Source: an uncultured delta proteobacterium
GTDB taxonomy: Bacteria > Desulfobacterota > Syntrophia > Syntrophales > UBA2185
NCBI GenBank assembly: GCA_963695875.1
Contig: CAVOID010000008.1
Coordinates: forward strand, 96,001-160,000
Direction: 5' to 3'
Length of the DNA: 64,000 nucleotides
Shown here: one piece after another, positions 45,217-57,447 of the stretch
Layout of the letters: every line of letters begins with the position of its first letter
Position numbering within the stretch: the first letter of the stretch is position 1
Position numbers and translations under genes: made by a program
Notes under the pieces: model-generated
What the model was told of the DNA's origin: nothing
The model's database searches: none
The model's input: the letters and a program-made list of their open reading frames with translations, nothing else

Positions 45217-45258
45217 TTCACAAATTCGAAATTATTCGGTGAATAGAGAAGTATCACT

Positions 45259-46938
45259 ATGGATAAGGACAAAGAGACAAGCCCTCCTTATTTTACCGAT
45301 AACGATCACATTTATATTCTGCTGAGCAGGCTGTTATCCGAAGTGAAAGGATTTACGGAGAACCAGTTAGATCAAATCAGGCGCTTAAATCAGATAGGAA
45401 CAGCTCTGTCGGCTGAAAGAAACTCTGGACAAGCTGTTAGAAATGATTGTTGATGAAGCAAGGGGATTTACAAATGCAGATGGCGGCACTCTTTATATTA
45501 TGTCCGATGATGAAAAAGAACTCCAATTTGCCATAGTACAGAATACTTCTTTAAATGTCCGCATGGGTGGAACGGGCGGAAAAATTACCTGGCCACCGGT
45601 AAAATTGAGAAATCCTGATGGAAGTCACAATTATGCAAATGTTTCCGCATATGCTGCAATTACGGGCAAGGTCGTTAATATTTCTGACGTCTATAATGCT
45701 GAGGGGTTCAATTTTGAGGGTACAAGAAAATTCGATGCAGAAACGGGATATCGCTCAAGTCCATGCTTGTTGTGCCCATGCGGAATCATGAAAATGATAT
45801 TATTGGTGTTCTGCAATTATTGAATGCGACAAAGGAAGTGACGGATGAGGTTATTCCATTTTCATTTGAAAATCAGAGAATGACGGAATCCCTTGCATCT
45901 CAGGCAGCAGTGGCCATCTACCAATAATCGTCTTATCCATGATCTTGAGGATCTTGTTGGAGTCTTTTATCAAAACTATCGCAACTGGCGATTGACGAGA
46001 AATCTCCCTATACCGGCGGCCATGTTCGCCGGGTTTCAGAGCTTGACAATGACAATTGCGGAAAAGATAAATGAGTCCAAAGAAGGGCCATATGCAGGTA
46101 TTCACTTTGATGAAGATAAATTGAAAGAGCTTCGCATCTCGGCGTGGCTTCATGATGTGGGAAAGATAACTACGCCGGAATTCATAATTGATAAAGGGAA
46201 AAAGCTTGAGACCATTTATGACAGGGTTGAAATCGTTAAAGGCACGTTTTGAGGTTCTTAAACGGGACTATTTTATTGAAGAATTGAAAAAAGTGGATAC
46301 ACAAAAAAAGGGAAAAAACCGGAAAAAAGTTGTTAATGACTGCGAGAAATTTACTAAGGATTTAGAAGCAGATTTTGAATTTCTCGACAGATATTAACAC
46401 AGGAACCAAATTCATGGACGAAAAGATGCTAGACCGGTTGAAAAACATAGCTAGCAAGACAATGGAACTTAGATGGAACATTCGCGATAATGTTCTGAGT
46501 GACGATGAGCTTTACAATTTGAGTATTTCTCAGGGTACACTTACGAAGGAGGAGAAAGAAATAATCAAGAATCATGTAAATGTTACGCATAAAATACTCT
46601 CTCAACTTCCTTTTCCCAAAAAGTTAAAAAATGTCACCTATTACGCTTCTGCTCATCACGAGAAGATCGATGGCGCTGGTTATCCATTTGGATTAAAAGG
46701 CAACCGGATTCCTCTCCAGGCCAGAATTATTGCACTGGCGGATATTTTCGATGCGTTAACAGCGAAGGACAGACCGTATAAGAAGGAAAAAACTCTATCA
46801 GAGGCAGTTAAAATAATGGGGTATATGGTGAAGGAAAATCATATCGATGCTGATCTGTTTGAGCTATTTATTAAGGAACGGATTTATCTTGATTATGCAA
46901 GGAGAGAATTGACACCTCACCAGATTGATATGGTTTAA
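45259..46938 (+). CDS. GAF plus HD-GYP cyclic dinucleotide phosphodiesterase, many indels
   Basis: ADGGTLY GAF start, LHDVGK, HHEKIDGAGYP, ADIFDAL..DRPYK. Confidence 0.85.
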
Positions 46939-47004
46939 TATAGAAGGGACGAGGTTTCTAAGATAAGCGACCTTTGAAATTAATGATAGTTAGCGATATG
47001 AAAT

Positions 47005-48492
47005 CTACCGATGATCCAAAAGATTACCACGGCGCTTCGTACCTTGTAATGATGTATCATGGGATTTCTCACGGCTTACAATTGATTTGATCTCCTTTTC
47101 TATTTCTTGGGTTTTTTCACTGTAATTTGGAAAATATTTCAGAGCTTCCTTGAAGTGAAAAAGGGCACTGTCCATTTTATTTTTTTTCTTGAAATATATG
47201 CCGAAATTGTAGTGTGAATCGCCAGGATTGTTTGTTTTTCCGTATGCCATGGCAATGCTATAGTATACATCTACATCATCGATATTTTTCTTTTCGATTT
47301 TTTTGTAAAGGTTCAAGGCTGTTGTATAATCACCCTGCAGCTCGTACGATCTTCCAAGGTAAAGTGCGGTATCCGGATCATCTTCATTAAGGGTTAATGC
47401 CTTACGAAGGATGTCAATTGCTTCGGATGTACGACCTAATTTGAAGTAGGCGATTCCGAGATCTCTTGGGATATCTCCGTCATTAGGAGCAATGCTTAAG
47501 GCTTTATGAAAGTTAGTCAGGGATTCATTAGTTCGCCCGAGTCTATCCTGTATTACGGCAATTCCATAAAGGGCTTCGACATCGTTTTGGTTTTTTTGCA
47601 ATTGACTTTGGAAATGCTTAAGACCAGAATCCAGGTCCTTCTCCTTCAATATAAGCATCGTTTGTATCCTTTTTAAATTTCCTATCATACTTTCTGCACC
47701 TCTTTGGGTGTATGTAGTATGCAATAAAGCATCGATATAGGTGATTCTTTCATCAGTGCCCGGGTGGGTGAGAAAATATGAGGGAATCTTGTTTGAGTAG
47801 AATTCGTACTTTTTCATTTTTTTCATGAATTCCAACATTGCCTCACCGTCATAGCCTGCACTGACCAGATAAGACAGGCCGAGTCTGTCAGCCTCTTCTT
47901 CATGTTCGCGGCTGTATTTAAGATTCAGGGTTGTGGCAGTTGCTAATGAAAACGTCACTGCGGCGGCAGAAAGATCCCCCCCACCTCCGAGAAATGCACC
48001 GGCAAGCATTGCGGCAAGCGCAGCAATACCGACCTTTTGCGACTTTTCAATGATATCCGCAATATGTCTTGCATTAACGTGTCCTATTTCATGCCCAAGC
48101 ACAGAGGCAAGTTCACTTTCCTTTTCGACCATATTAATCAAGCCTCTGTTGACATAGACGTAGCCTCCCGGGGTTGCAAAGGCATTGATGGCGGAACTGT
48201 CAATGACGGAAAAACGAAAGTCGAAAGGAGCTTTATTGCTTTGAGCTAGTACCTTATTCCCAAGTTGATTAATATAGGTGTTGATCTTCTTGTCACGTAT
48301 CAGAACATTACTTTTCTCAAGTTTTTCGTAAAATTCTTTTCCGAGTTTCCTTTCATCTTCAATGGTAAAAGACGCATGCGCTAAGCCTACCGCCTGAAAA
48401 AACAAAAAAAGAATAATGACGGGAATAACCCATCTATTCTTCCTTTTAAAGACATTGAATTGATTCAAATGAAGACCTCTTTGATTAAACAA
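47005..48492 (-). CDS. M48 family metalloprotease with TPR repeats (BepA/YfgC-like)
   Basis: INAFATPGG, HEIGH, YSREHEEEAD, LTHP; TPR-like C-terminus; signal peptide. Confidence 0.9.
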   Translation of the reverse strand: MFNQRGLHLNQFNVFKRKNRWVIPVIILFLFFQAVGLAHASFTIEDERKLGKEFYEKLEKSNVLIRDKKINTYINQLGNKVLAQSNKAPFDFRFSVIDSSAINAFATPGGYVYVNRGLINMVEKESELASVLGHEIGHVNARHIADIIEKSQKVGIAALAAMLAGAFLGGGGDLSAAAVTFSLATATTLNLKYSREHEEEADRLGLSYLVSAGYDGEAMLEFMKKMKKYEFYSNKIPSYFLTHPGTDERITYIDALLHTTYTQRGAESMIGNLKRIQTMLILKEKDLDSGLKHFQSQLQKNQNDVEALYGIAVIQDRLGRTNESLTNFHKALSIAPNDGDIPRDLGIAYFKLGRTSEAIDILRKALTLNEDDPDTALYLGRSYELQGDYTTALNLYKKIEKKNIDDVDVYYSIAMAYGKTNNPGDSHYNFGIYFKKKNKMDSALFHFKEALKYFPNYSEKTQEIEKEIKSIVSREKSHDTSLQGTKRRGNLLDHR

Positions 48493-48746
48493 TCCGATTT
48501 TACTTGTAGATATTTATTCCAAAGCGCTGTTCAAGAATTATTATTATCTCTTTTAAAAGTCATAATCAAGATATCGTTTATGTCGTTCTATCACAATACA
48601 CAAATTAACTGCATCCAGCGTCCGCTTCTCTATCAATATTGTTAAGGGGTGTTCAATATGCTATATTATACTCATAAGAAAATATACAATATTATAGGTA
48701 TTTGTTTATAAAAAGATATTATAAAAAAAATTAATGTGAGGAGCGG

Positions 48747-49439
48747 ATGATGAAAAAGGGACTGGTTGTTACGATCGATGGTCCCGCCGGTGCTGGTAAA
48801 AGTACAGTCAGCAAGGCCCTTGCGCAAAAATTGTCATATATTTATTTAGATACCGGTGCACTATACAGAGCAGTAGCCTATAAGATAATGGAAGTGGGGA
48901 TTGCGCCGGATAATGAAAAATTGCTTTTCGACCTGTGTAGTCGTACAAATATTCATCTCAAAAACGTCGACGGCAATTTGAATGTTTTTATCGATTGTGA
49001 AAATGTGACAGACAAAATTCGGACTGAAGAAGTAGGTCTTCTTGCGTCAAAGGTTTCGGCAATTTCTATCGTACGAGAGGCACTGTTGGCAATTCAACGG
49101 GAAGCAGGAGAAAAGGGAGGTATAGTGGCCGAAGGTAGAGATATGGGGACAGTAGTATTTCCGGATGCTGACTGCAAGTTTTATCTGGATGCAGATACGG
49201 AAGAAAGAGCTAATAGACGTTACAATGAATTGGTCATGCGGGGTAATATAACCGATTATCAAGAAATTAAAAGAGACCTAATTATTAGGGACCAGCAGGA
49301 TCGGGAAAGAGAAATAGCCCCGCTGAAAGCTTCTCAGGATGCAATTATTGTCGATTCTACAAATATAAGCATTTCAGATGTTGTAGAGAAAATGATGTCG
49401 ATAATTAGAGGCCGCCAAGGGTTAACTTCAACTATGTAG
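48747..49439 (+). CDS. cmk: Cytidylate kinase
   Basis: IDGPAGAGKST, DTGALYR, EGRDMGTVVFP. Confidence 0.97.
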   Translation: MMKKGLVVTIDGPAGAGKSTVSKALAQKLSYIYLDTGALYRAVAYKIMEVGIAPDNEKLLFDLCSRTNIHLKNVDGNLNVFIDCENVTDKIRTEEVGLLASKVSAISIVREALLAIQREAGEKGGIVAEGRDMGTVVFPDADCKFYLDADTEERANRRYNELVMRGNITDYQEIKRDLIIRDQQDREREIAPLKASQDAIIVDSTNISISDVVEKMMSIIRGRQGLTSTM

Positions 49440-49621
49440 GCACACCCGCAGCTATATATAACAGGGGTGGATCCATTAGGGTATCCGTCTGAATGGCAGA
49501 ATTAATAAGTTGTGCCGTGTGATAGGTATTTTCATTTGAATTAGCTTGATATTTCATAACCAGTATGTTACGTGTTTTTGATTCGAAGATATTTTTATAA
49601 AATTCAGGGGGTAATGGTTTA

Positions 49622-51408
49622 ATGGTTAACAGTAACAACTTAATTTCAGAAGAACATTTTGAAGGTGAAAAGGTAAATGAAAATGCACCAGTAGAAGATT
49701 GCAGGTACTCAAAAGACCGCGGGCAAGGAAGAAGATATCGGTTTTAAGGAATTATATGAACAGAGCCTGCAGAGTGTGCAGCTTGGTGAAATTGTAACCG
49801 GAAAGGTTGTTCAGATAAATAATGATGTCGTTATGGTTGATGTAGGCTGGAAAACAGAAGGTTATATTCCTGCCAGAGAATTAAAAGATGAAGAAGGCAA
49901 TATTTCCACGTTTCAGTCGGAGATGAAGTGGAAGTCCTGGTCGATAGAAGGGATTCGGATGGCAATCTGGTCTTATCGAGAGACAAGGCCGTTAAAAATT
50001 AAAGTATGGGATGATGTTAGAAATGCTTGCGAGCATAATACTCCTATCAAAGGAACGGTTGTGGAAAGGGTTAAGGGAGGCCTATCCGTTGATATCGGGA
50101 TTTTGGCCTTTCTGCCCGGTTCACAGGTTGATGTCCGTCCGGTAAGAGACCTTGATAAATATGTGGGACAGACATTGATGTTCAATGTTCTCAAGTATGA
50201 CAGGAAAAGAAATAATGTTGTGTTATCAAGAAGGTCGATATTAGAGCATGAAAGGATAGCGGCAAAAAAAGAGACCCTGCAAGGGATTGAAGAAGGAAAG
50301 GTTATAGAAGGGATCATTAAAAATATTACCGATTACGGGCTTTTCATTGATTTAGGTGGAATTGACGGTCTGCTTCATGTGACTGACATATCGTGGGGAA
50401 GAATTACCCGTCCATCAGATAACTTTTTCAAAGGTGATAAAATAAAGGTAAAAGTTCTTTCTTTTGATAGAGACAAGGAGCGGGTATCCCTTAGGTCTGA
50501 AGCAACTGACGGATAATCCCTGGGAGAATATAACAGAGAAATATCCTGTCGGATCAGTTGTTGAAGGTAAAGTTGTAAACCTAACGGATTACGGCGTCTT
50601 TGTGGAACTTGAACCGGGTGTGGAAGGTCTGGTCCATATAACGGAGATGTTTTGGACAAGAGAAATTAAGCATCCATCTAAGAGTATTGATCTATAGGTG
50701 ATGATGTAAGAGTAATGGTTTTGGATGTAAATTCCGAAGCAAAACGCATTTCTCTCGGATTGAAGCAGACAACGGAGAATCCCTGGGAGGCTCTGAAGCA
50801 GAAATATCCGGAGGGGAGCATTGTTAAAGGCGTGATCAGAAATATTACGAACTTTCGGTTTTTTTGTTGGTATTGAAGAGGGCATAGATGGTCTAGTTCA
50901 TGTATCCGATATTTCCTGGAAACAAAATATAAAACATCCTTCGGAGTTATATAAAAAAGGCCAGGAAGTTGAGGCAATGGTTTTGAATATTGATGTAGAA
51001 AACGAAAAATTTTCTCTGGGAATCAAGCAGGTGGATAAGAACCCCTGGGATGAGAAGAATTTTAAATATGCTACAGGATCAATCATTAAAGGAAAGGTGA
51101 CGAACGTTACCGACTTCGGGATTTTTGTGGAGTTAGAAGAAGGTGTGGAAGGATTGGTTCATATTTCGGAATTAAGTCAAAAAAGGGTAAAATCTGCATC
51201 AGAACTATATGCCGTTGGTGATATTGTGACAGCAATAGTTAAAAGCGTGGATTTGCAGAACAGGAGAATCAGGTTGAGCATTAAGGACTACGAAGCAGCG
51301 TCTGAGGGATATTCAGTCACCCAGTACCTTAACAATAAGGAAAATGTTGGTTCAAATCTTGGGAAGGTCATGGCTGATGTTAAAATAGTGGATACTGAGA
51401 AAGGATAA
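49622..51408 (+). CDS. rpsA: 30S ribosomal protein S1, many indels
   Basis: Repeated S1 domains ([23 protein letters not shown]); follows cmk. Confidence 0.95.
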
Positions 51409-51417
51409 TATCAAACC

Positions 51418-52321
51418 ATGAGAAAACACCCCGTCGCATTCGGGATATTCCTTTTATTTCTTGTTGGTATGGTATTTTTTCTTCTGGTGTATGTTTTAGG
51501 CTCCGTGACAGAAGACAAGCATTCATTTGCACTTAACAATAAAGTAGGCGTCGTAAAAGTCGAGGGAGTTCATTGGTGATACGCACGATGTTATTGAACA
51601 ATTAAATCAATTTGGCAAGGACGATGGTATAAAAGCTGTCATTTTGAGGATCGATTCACCTGGAGGGGGTGTTGCTTCCTCACAAGAAATATATGAGGCT
51701 GTAATTGACTTAAAAAAGAAAAAGAAAGTTGTGGCCTCTATGGGGTCTGTTGCAGCATCAGGTGGTTATATGGTTGCATGCGCTGCGGATAAAATTGTTG
51801 CCAATCCCGGCACTATTACAGGAAGCATATCTGCAGTTATGCATTTTGCCAATGCAGAAGAACTCTTAAAAAAGTTAGGACTTAAAGCGTCAGTCGTCAA
51901 GAGTGGAAAGTTTAAAGATATAGGATCACCGGTCAGGGAAATGACGGCTGAAGAAAAAGCATTACTTCAGGAACTTGTAGATGACATATATGACCAGTTT
52001 CTTGATATGGTTGCCCGGGATAGAAATATCCCAAAAGAGAATCTGAGAAAAATCGCTGACGGAAGGGTTTTTACGGGAAGGCAAGCGCACAAACTGGGTC
52101 TGGTCGACTATTTAGGTGATATGGGTTATGCTTTAACGCTTGCAGGTGAAATGTCCGGGATGAAGGGTAAACCTGATGTTGTGTATCCGAAGAAGAAAGG
52201 ATCAAAATTCTGGGATTATGTTTTTCGTGAGATGTTCACTGCCCTTGATGAACAAATGCGGGGTAAAGTAGAACAACTAACCGGTATTCTATATCTTTCA
52301 CCGATAGCGTATTATTATTAA
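51418..52321 (+). CDS. sppA: Signal peptide peptidase (36K type), one indel
   Basis: N-terminal TM, RIDSPGG, AASGGY, ITGSIS, KSGKFKD, DGRVFTG. Confidence 0.92.
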
Positions 52322-52332
52322 ACTTTACACTT

Positions 52333-52618
52333 ATGACGAAAAAGGAATTAATTAAAAAGGTTCAGGAAAAAATAGAAGTTTATCCATCCAAAGATATATC
52401 ATACGCAGTCCATCTGGTATTCGAAGCAATGATTGGAGCGTTAAAAAGAAATGAACGGATAGAGATCAGGGGCTTCGGAAATATTACGGTCAGAAGCACG
52501 AGGACCAGTACTGGGGAGAAATCCAAAGACATCTGATATTGTTCATGTCCCGGGACGAAAAATACCTTTTTTCAAGGTGGGTAAGGAACTTAAGGACATG
52601 ATAAATGGGCGACAGTAA
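52333..52618 (+). CDS. ihfB: Integration host factor beta / HU family protein, one indel
   Basis: IEIRGFG; shifted frame GRNPKT...PFFKVGKELK; position after rpsA-sppA. Confidence 0.8.
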
Positions 52619-52627
52619 AATTTGAGC

Positions 52628-52921
52628 CTACGTAATGTCCCATTCATTATCGGGTGAAGCAAAATCCTTTAATTGTTCCCTTCTTTTTTTATGCTGTAGT
52701 TTCTTCAATGCCTTAGCTTCGATTTGTCTTATTCTCTCACGAGTTACACCCATCATTTCACCAACTTCTTCAAGAGTAAACGGTCCATAATTACAGGCGA
52801 CCCATGTACAATTTAAAAAGGTTTCATTTTTAAGACGCCATTCGCAGGTGGTATCCTGGCAAGCTTCAGATATCAAATGCCCTTTCTTTTTACATTTGTA
52901 AGTGTTGATCAATTCACTCAA
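52628..52921 (-). CDS. Small protein: Cys-rich N-terminus plus sigma70 region 4 HTH
   Basis: [28 protein letters not shown]; five Cys in the first 45 aa; purine-rich SD before TTG. Confidence 0.85.
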   Translation of the reverse strand: MSELINTYKCKKKGHLISEACQDTTCEWRLKNETFLNCTWVACNYGPFTLEEVGEMMGVTRERIRQIEAKALKKLQHKKRREQLKDFASPDNEWDIT

Positions 52922-53012
52922 CCCCTCTCTCCCACCAAGCTATTGTAGTTTAAGCTTGCTGCAATGACAAACTGGGAATTCAAAAATACTCATGGTATGA
53001 ATTTACGGTAAT

Positions 53013-53040
53013 ATCATAAGCATTTTTTGTCATTTGTCAA
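53013..53040 (-). promoter_or_regulatory. Sigma70-type promoter for the region-4 microprotein gene
   Basis: Minus strand TTGACA-16 nt-TATGAT. Confidence 0.55.
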
Positions 53041-53085
53041 TAAACTATGATTAAATAATCTGCGGGATTTCCTGAGCTTATTGCT

Positions 53086-54395
53086 TTATTCAGTGTGAAT
53101 ATGAGCTGTACGACCTTTAAGACGCTCAAGACGATGAATCAAGGCTTCCTTTTCTGCCGCAGTTTTGAGGTATGGGAGATTGAGAGCTTTGCTGACTATG
53201 TCGATAGCTTTTTTAAAATCACGTCATTTATGTTCAAACCACTTAGCCAGTTCTTCTGCGGCAAAATAATTGCCCGGGTCATCCATAAGTATCGACTCCC
53301 ATATTCGGACAGCATCACTCCAGCGGCCGGAACGTTTGTAAATCAGGGAAAGGGTTCTTCTGGCCTCGGAGGCAACATCTGAATTTTCTAAGTTTATCAA
53401 CGACTCCAGAATTATCATGGCACCTGATGAATCTCCCCGGTCGAGAAAGAGCCTTGAAACAGCTAAAAGATCAAAATGTCTGGCAGTTGTAATGTCATAA
53501 TCAAATTTCAGCATTTCTGCAAGGTGAAGCGTAAGTATTGCCATCGATATCACATCAAGACGGTTGTGTTCAAAGACATCTACCATAAAGCGGGCGTCAC
53601 GATTTCTCAGCCAGTCGAAATAACGCTGAGGAATTTCGCTTCCCGGGATATCACCGTCACGATGAATGCCGAGAATTTCCTTCTCAAGGGTCATTAGTCG
53701 GCTGTTATCCAGACGATGACCCAGGAGACGACGTGATGGGTGGAGTAAATCGAGATGAGGCATGCCAGCCAGAAGGTCGGGAAGACGGTTAAGGACAAAG
53801 CGTGTAGAAAGCAGGCCGACATCGAATGCCTTGCCGTTAAAGGTTACGATAAAACCCTTATCCCTGGCCATTTCCAGCAAAAAACTCAAAGAGGCACGTT
53901 CCTCGGAGAAGTCACGAGCGAATATTTGTCTCGTAACGAATGTTTCATTTTCAAACCAGCCCAGACCGATCAGGAAGGCAAGTGTGCCGGTGCCGCCTGC
54001 CAATCCGGTGGTTTCCGTATCGAGAAATAAAGCGTCAGTACAATTAAATAAGGCCAGTTCCGGGATATTGGCAAGGAGCGCCACGGCATTCATATCAAGG
54101 TCGGAAATTTCTCTTATACGGCGGCGAGCCGTAATTTGATGAACCGGGATGGAATCCGTGGGCGATGAAAAATTTACCGTGATCATTCTCAACTTCCTCT
54201 CCTTCAATTACATCCTTCAATGGGAGGGAACTGCCGTAAGATGCTGATGGTTGCGTGACAGTAGTAACCTGCCGCCGTAGACATAATGGATTCAATACGC
54301 GTGCGCAGTTTGCTGATTTCATCCGCACGAGGTGATTTCTTTTGTTTCGAAGAATGATCACCGGTCAGGCGTTGCAGACGGTTTATTGTGCTCAT
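53086..54395 (-). CDS. RNase H-like exonuclease with C-terminal TPR (YprB/MrfB-like), with indels
   Basis: FLDTETTGL, VTFNGKAFD, HLDLLH, HNRLDV; tail RLERLK; overlaps the helicase stop. Confidence 0.88.
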
Positions 54396-56769
54396 GTTTT
54401 ATCAGTAATCACGTCAATAATATCCAAGGCTGTTTTCTTTGCAGCGGGACCGACTTCAAGGGTTGGTCCCACACAGCTCGGGCATCCCATGGTTACACGG
54501 GCAGCTGCTGTATCAAGTTTACGAGCCGCTCTTAAAAGGCGGTCATGCTCCTCATACAAAAGATCTGAGAAACCGATTCCGCCGGGATAGGTATCAAAAA
54601 TGAAAACGGTGGGATCAAAGGCGTCTACCATGATAAGAGCCGGCTTCGCATTGTCTTTTGATGAAGACGTAATGGATCGCTTTCCGGCTCCATGACGCAC
54701 AAACCATTCACCGCTCTTGTCACCGATACAACGATCTATGTCACGAACATCGGCCATCAGTAACATTGCCGCAAGATGGTGCAGGCTGTATGCTAAGCCT
54801 GACAATCCATCGATAAGCTCTTCCTGCGTATGCGGCAGTTGATAGAGCAAATCTCTGGGAATGGTAAACCAGTAGCTGGTCGTGTGCATATCTTTCTCCG
54901 GTAGAGTCACATCACCGTAACCAAGATTTTCTGAGGTATAAAATTTTATTTTCTTATATCCTACTACCTTTCGCACCACCTGCACGTCGCCATGTTCGAT
55001 AATTATTTTTTTTTGTTTTTTGGCAAAGCTGTCGATTACGCGTACGTTTGTGTAAGTCATGGCATCGGTGAAATAATCTGCGTCAACCTTATGCACATAG
55101 GCTGTCTTGCGTTCCAGATCAAGCTTGTCCACGTGGTACTGCTGGGACTCAACCATGTAAATGGCGTCGTCATGGACTGTGGTAAAGGCGCTGTCCCAGT
55201 CCACCTCGGCGATGACTTCGTGTGATCCTGTTTCTGTCGTATCCACGACGACAACATTTTCGGGATTTATAGATCGCAGACTGACCTCATCAGCAGGATA
55301 GCTTTCCGCCGTCCAGTGCCATCGTTCATCAACTCTGTGAAGCACTCCCTTTTCTTCCAGATAGTTAAGCAGCTCCTCCAGATTCTCGCCTCCAAAGCGT
55401 CTCTCCTCTTTCGAAGGGGAGCTCAAAGGCGGCACTCTTCAAATGGTGAAGGAGTATGAGGAGGTTATCGGGATTGACCCTGCAATGTTCAGGCGAACGG
55501 GAAAAAAAGTAATCCGGGTTCTCTACGATGAACTGGTCCATGGGATTGCTGCGGGCAATGAGAATGGCGAGACTGTGCCCCGTCCGCCTGCCCTGCCCTC
55601 CCGGCCTGCTGCCACGTACTGGCAATGGAGCCCGGGTATCCGACCATTATGCATGATTCCAGATCGCCGATGTCGATTCCCAGTTCGAGGGCATTGGTAC
55701 TCACAACGCCCATGATGTCACGATCACGCAACCCCCGCTCTATCTGACGGCGCAGGTTCGGGAGGTAGCCGCCGCGGTAACCGGTAACAAAATGATTATC
55801 AATGGGCTTCCCTTTAGTGAATTCATCCTTGAGATACTTCGTGAGAACCTCGACATTCAAGCGGCTGGTAGTGAATACGATGGTCTGTATCTTGGTTTGT
55901 TATAAGTTCGGTTGCCAGTTTCCTCGCGGGTGTCATTGCAGATTGGCGAATTCCGAGTTCACGATTGACGATGGGTGGATTGTAGAGAATAAACGTTTTT
56001 GATGCCGTAGGAGCGCCGCTCTGTTCGATCAGTTCTACGGGCCGCTCAAGCAGGCGCTCGGCATGTTCCTTCGGGATTGGCGACCGTTGCGGAACAGCAG
56101 ATGAAGACGGGTTCCTGACCATAAAAGCGGCATATTCTCACAAGTCGCCGTATTACGTTCGTAAAATGGGATCCGAACACTCCGCGGTAAACGTGCAGCT
56201 CATCGATCACGACATACTTGAGATTGGCAAATAGTTTTTGCCATTTGGTGTGGTGCGGTAATATTCCCGCATGAAGCATGTCAGGGTTGGTAACAACGAC
56301 ATGACCCTGCTTGCGGATTGCCTGGCGGGCATCATCGGGAGTATCGCCGTCATATGTGTATGTTTTGATATCAGCCTTCAAATCAGAAATAAGGCTGTGC
56401 ACCTCATGCATTTGATCCTGTGCGAGGGCCTTTGTGGGAAATATATAGAGCGCACGCGTTTCCGGTTCTTCGAGGATGCGGTTCAGGACAGGTAAATTAT
56501 AGCAGAGCGTCTTGCCGCTCGCCGTCGGTGTGACCAACACCACGTTGCGGTTGTCCCGCACCATGTTCCACAGCTTGAGCCTGGTGGCTGTAAAGCTGAC
56601 CCATGCCTCTCTTCGCGAGGACGGATTGAAGCCGTGGGTGAACCCAATCTGGAAAGGCGGCGAATTGTCCTTTGGAGGCGGGGAGTTGTTTCATAGCCCG
56701 GACATTCTCCATGAAACGCCGGTCATTTTCCTTCCGGGATAACAATTCCTTAATGGTTAGTGTGGGCAT
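54392..56769 (-). CDS. DEAH-box helicase with DUF1998 (YprA/MrfA-like), with indels
   Basis: [53 protein letters not shown]. Confidence 0.92.
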
Positions 56770-56826
56770 AGAGGCTACCAGGATTTGCAGAATAATTTAT
56801 CACGCTGCTGAAGATTTTTTGTTTAT

Positions 56827-57363
56827 TTACCCCCTTTCGTATTCTTCCACAAGCTTTTTATACTTCTCGTGGATCATGTTCTTATCAAATTCCCAGAATT
56901 CCTTCAACATCGCATTCTGTTCTCTCGGTGTGAAATAATCAAGTATGGGGAAGAAGAAGTGTTTATCTTCTTTTTCGATGTGTTTGGGATACAGATCAAC
57001 AATCTTTTGCAGACATAGAACTACATCTGCTGAGCTGATGCTGTCGCCTTCCAGATATTTTTTATTGGCTTCCAGCAGTCTGCCGACGATTTTCCGTGCT
57101 AAGATGTGTTCTTCGACCAGCTCTTTCATGATCCTTTCATGTTCCGGTGAGAGATTCTTCGTAGCAAGGTCTCTGAAAAGGATATCCTCTTCTTTACCGT
57201 GATGGGTTCGATCTGCGTAGGTTCTGAAGAAATCGACGGCAGAGGCGATAAAAACCGTGTTTACTTTGTTCTGTTCTTTAATCCTTGCGATTTCACCATA
57301 GAATAGACGAGCCATCTTTTCAATTAGCCTGTGTTCCCACATTAATGGGCCGATCGGTTTCAT
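56827..57363 (-). CDS. Hemerythrin-like (HHE) domain protein
   Basis: EHRLI, HHGKEEDILF, EEH, HIEKEDKHFF. Confidence 0.9.
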   Translation of the reverse strand: MKPIGPLMWEHRLIEKMARLFYGEIARIKEQNKVNTVFIASAVDFFRTYADRTHHGKEEDILFRDLATKNLSPEHERIMKELVEEHILARKIVGRLLEANKKYLEGDSISSADVVLCLQKIVDLYPKHIEKEDKHFFFPILDYFTPREQNAMLKEFWEFDKNMIHEKYKKLVEEYERG

Positions 57364-57406
57364 TACTTATCCCCCCATTATTCTGTGTCATACTGTTGTT
57401 TATTAT

Positions 57407-57437
57407 CCGTAGGACAGGCGCGATGCCTGCCCTGCGG
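57407..57437. repeat. GC-rich intergenic hairpin (GTAG REP-like) between hcp and hemerythrin
   Basis: ccgtagg-a-caggc...gcctg-c-cctgcgg palindrome without U-tract. Confidence 0.45.
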
Positions 57438-57447
57438 TGGATTTTCA

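Noticed and set aside
54392..56769. DISARM or other defence helicase (DUF1998)
   Set aside because: Helicase and DUF1998 are one gene paired with a YprB-like exonuclease, matching MrfAB; no methylase or PLD nuclease nearby
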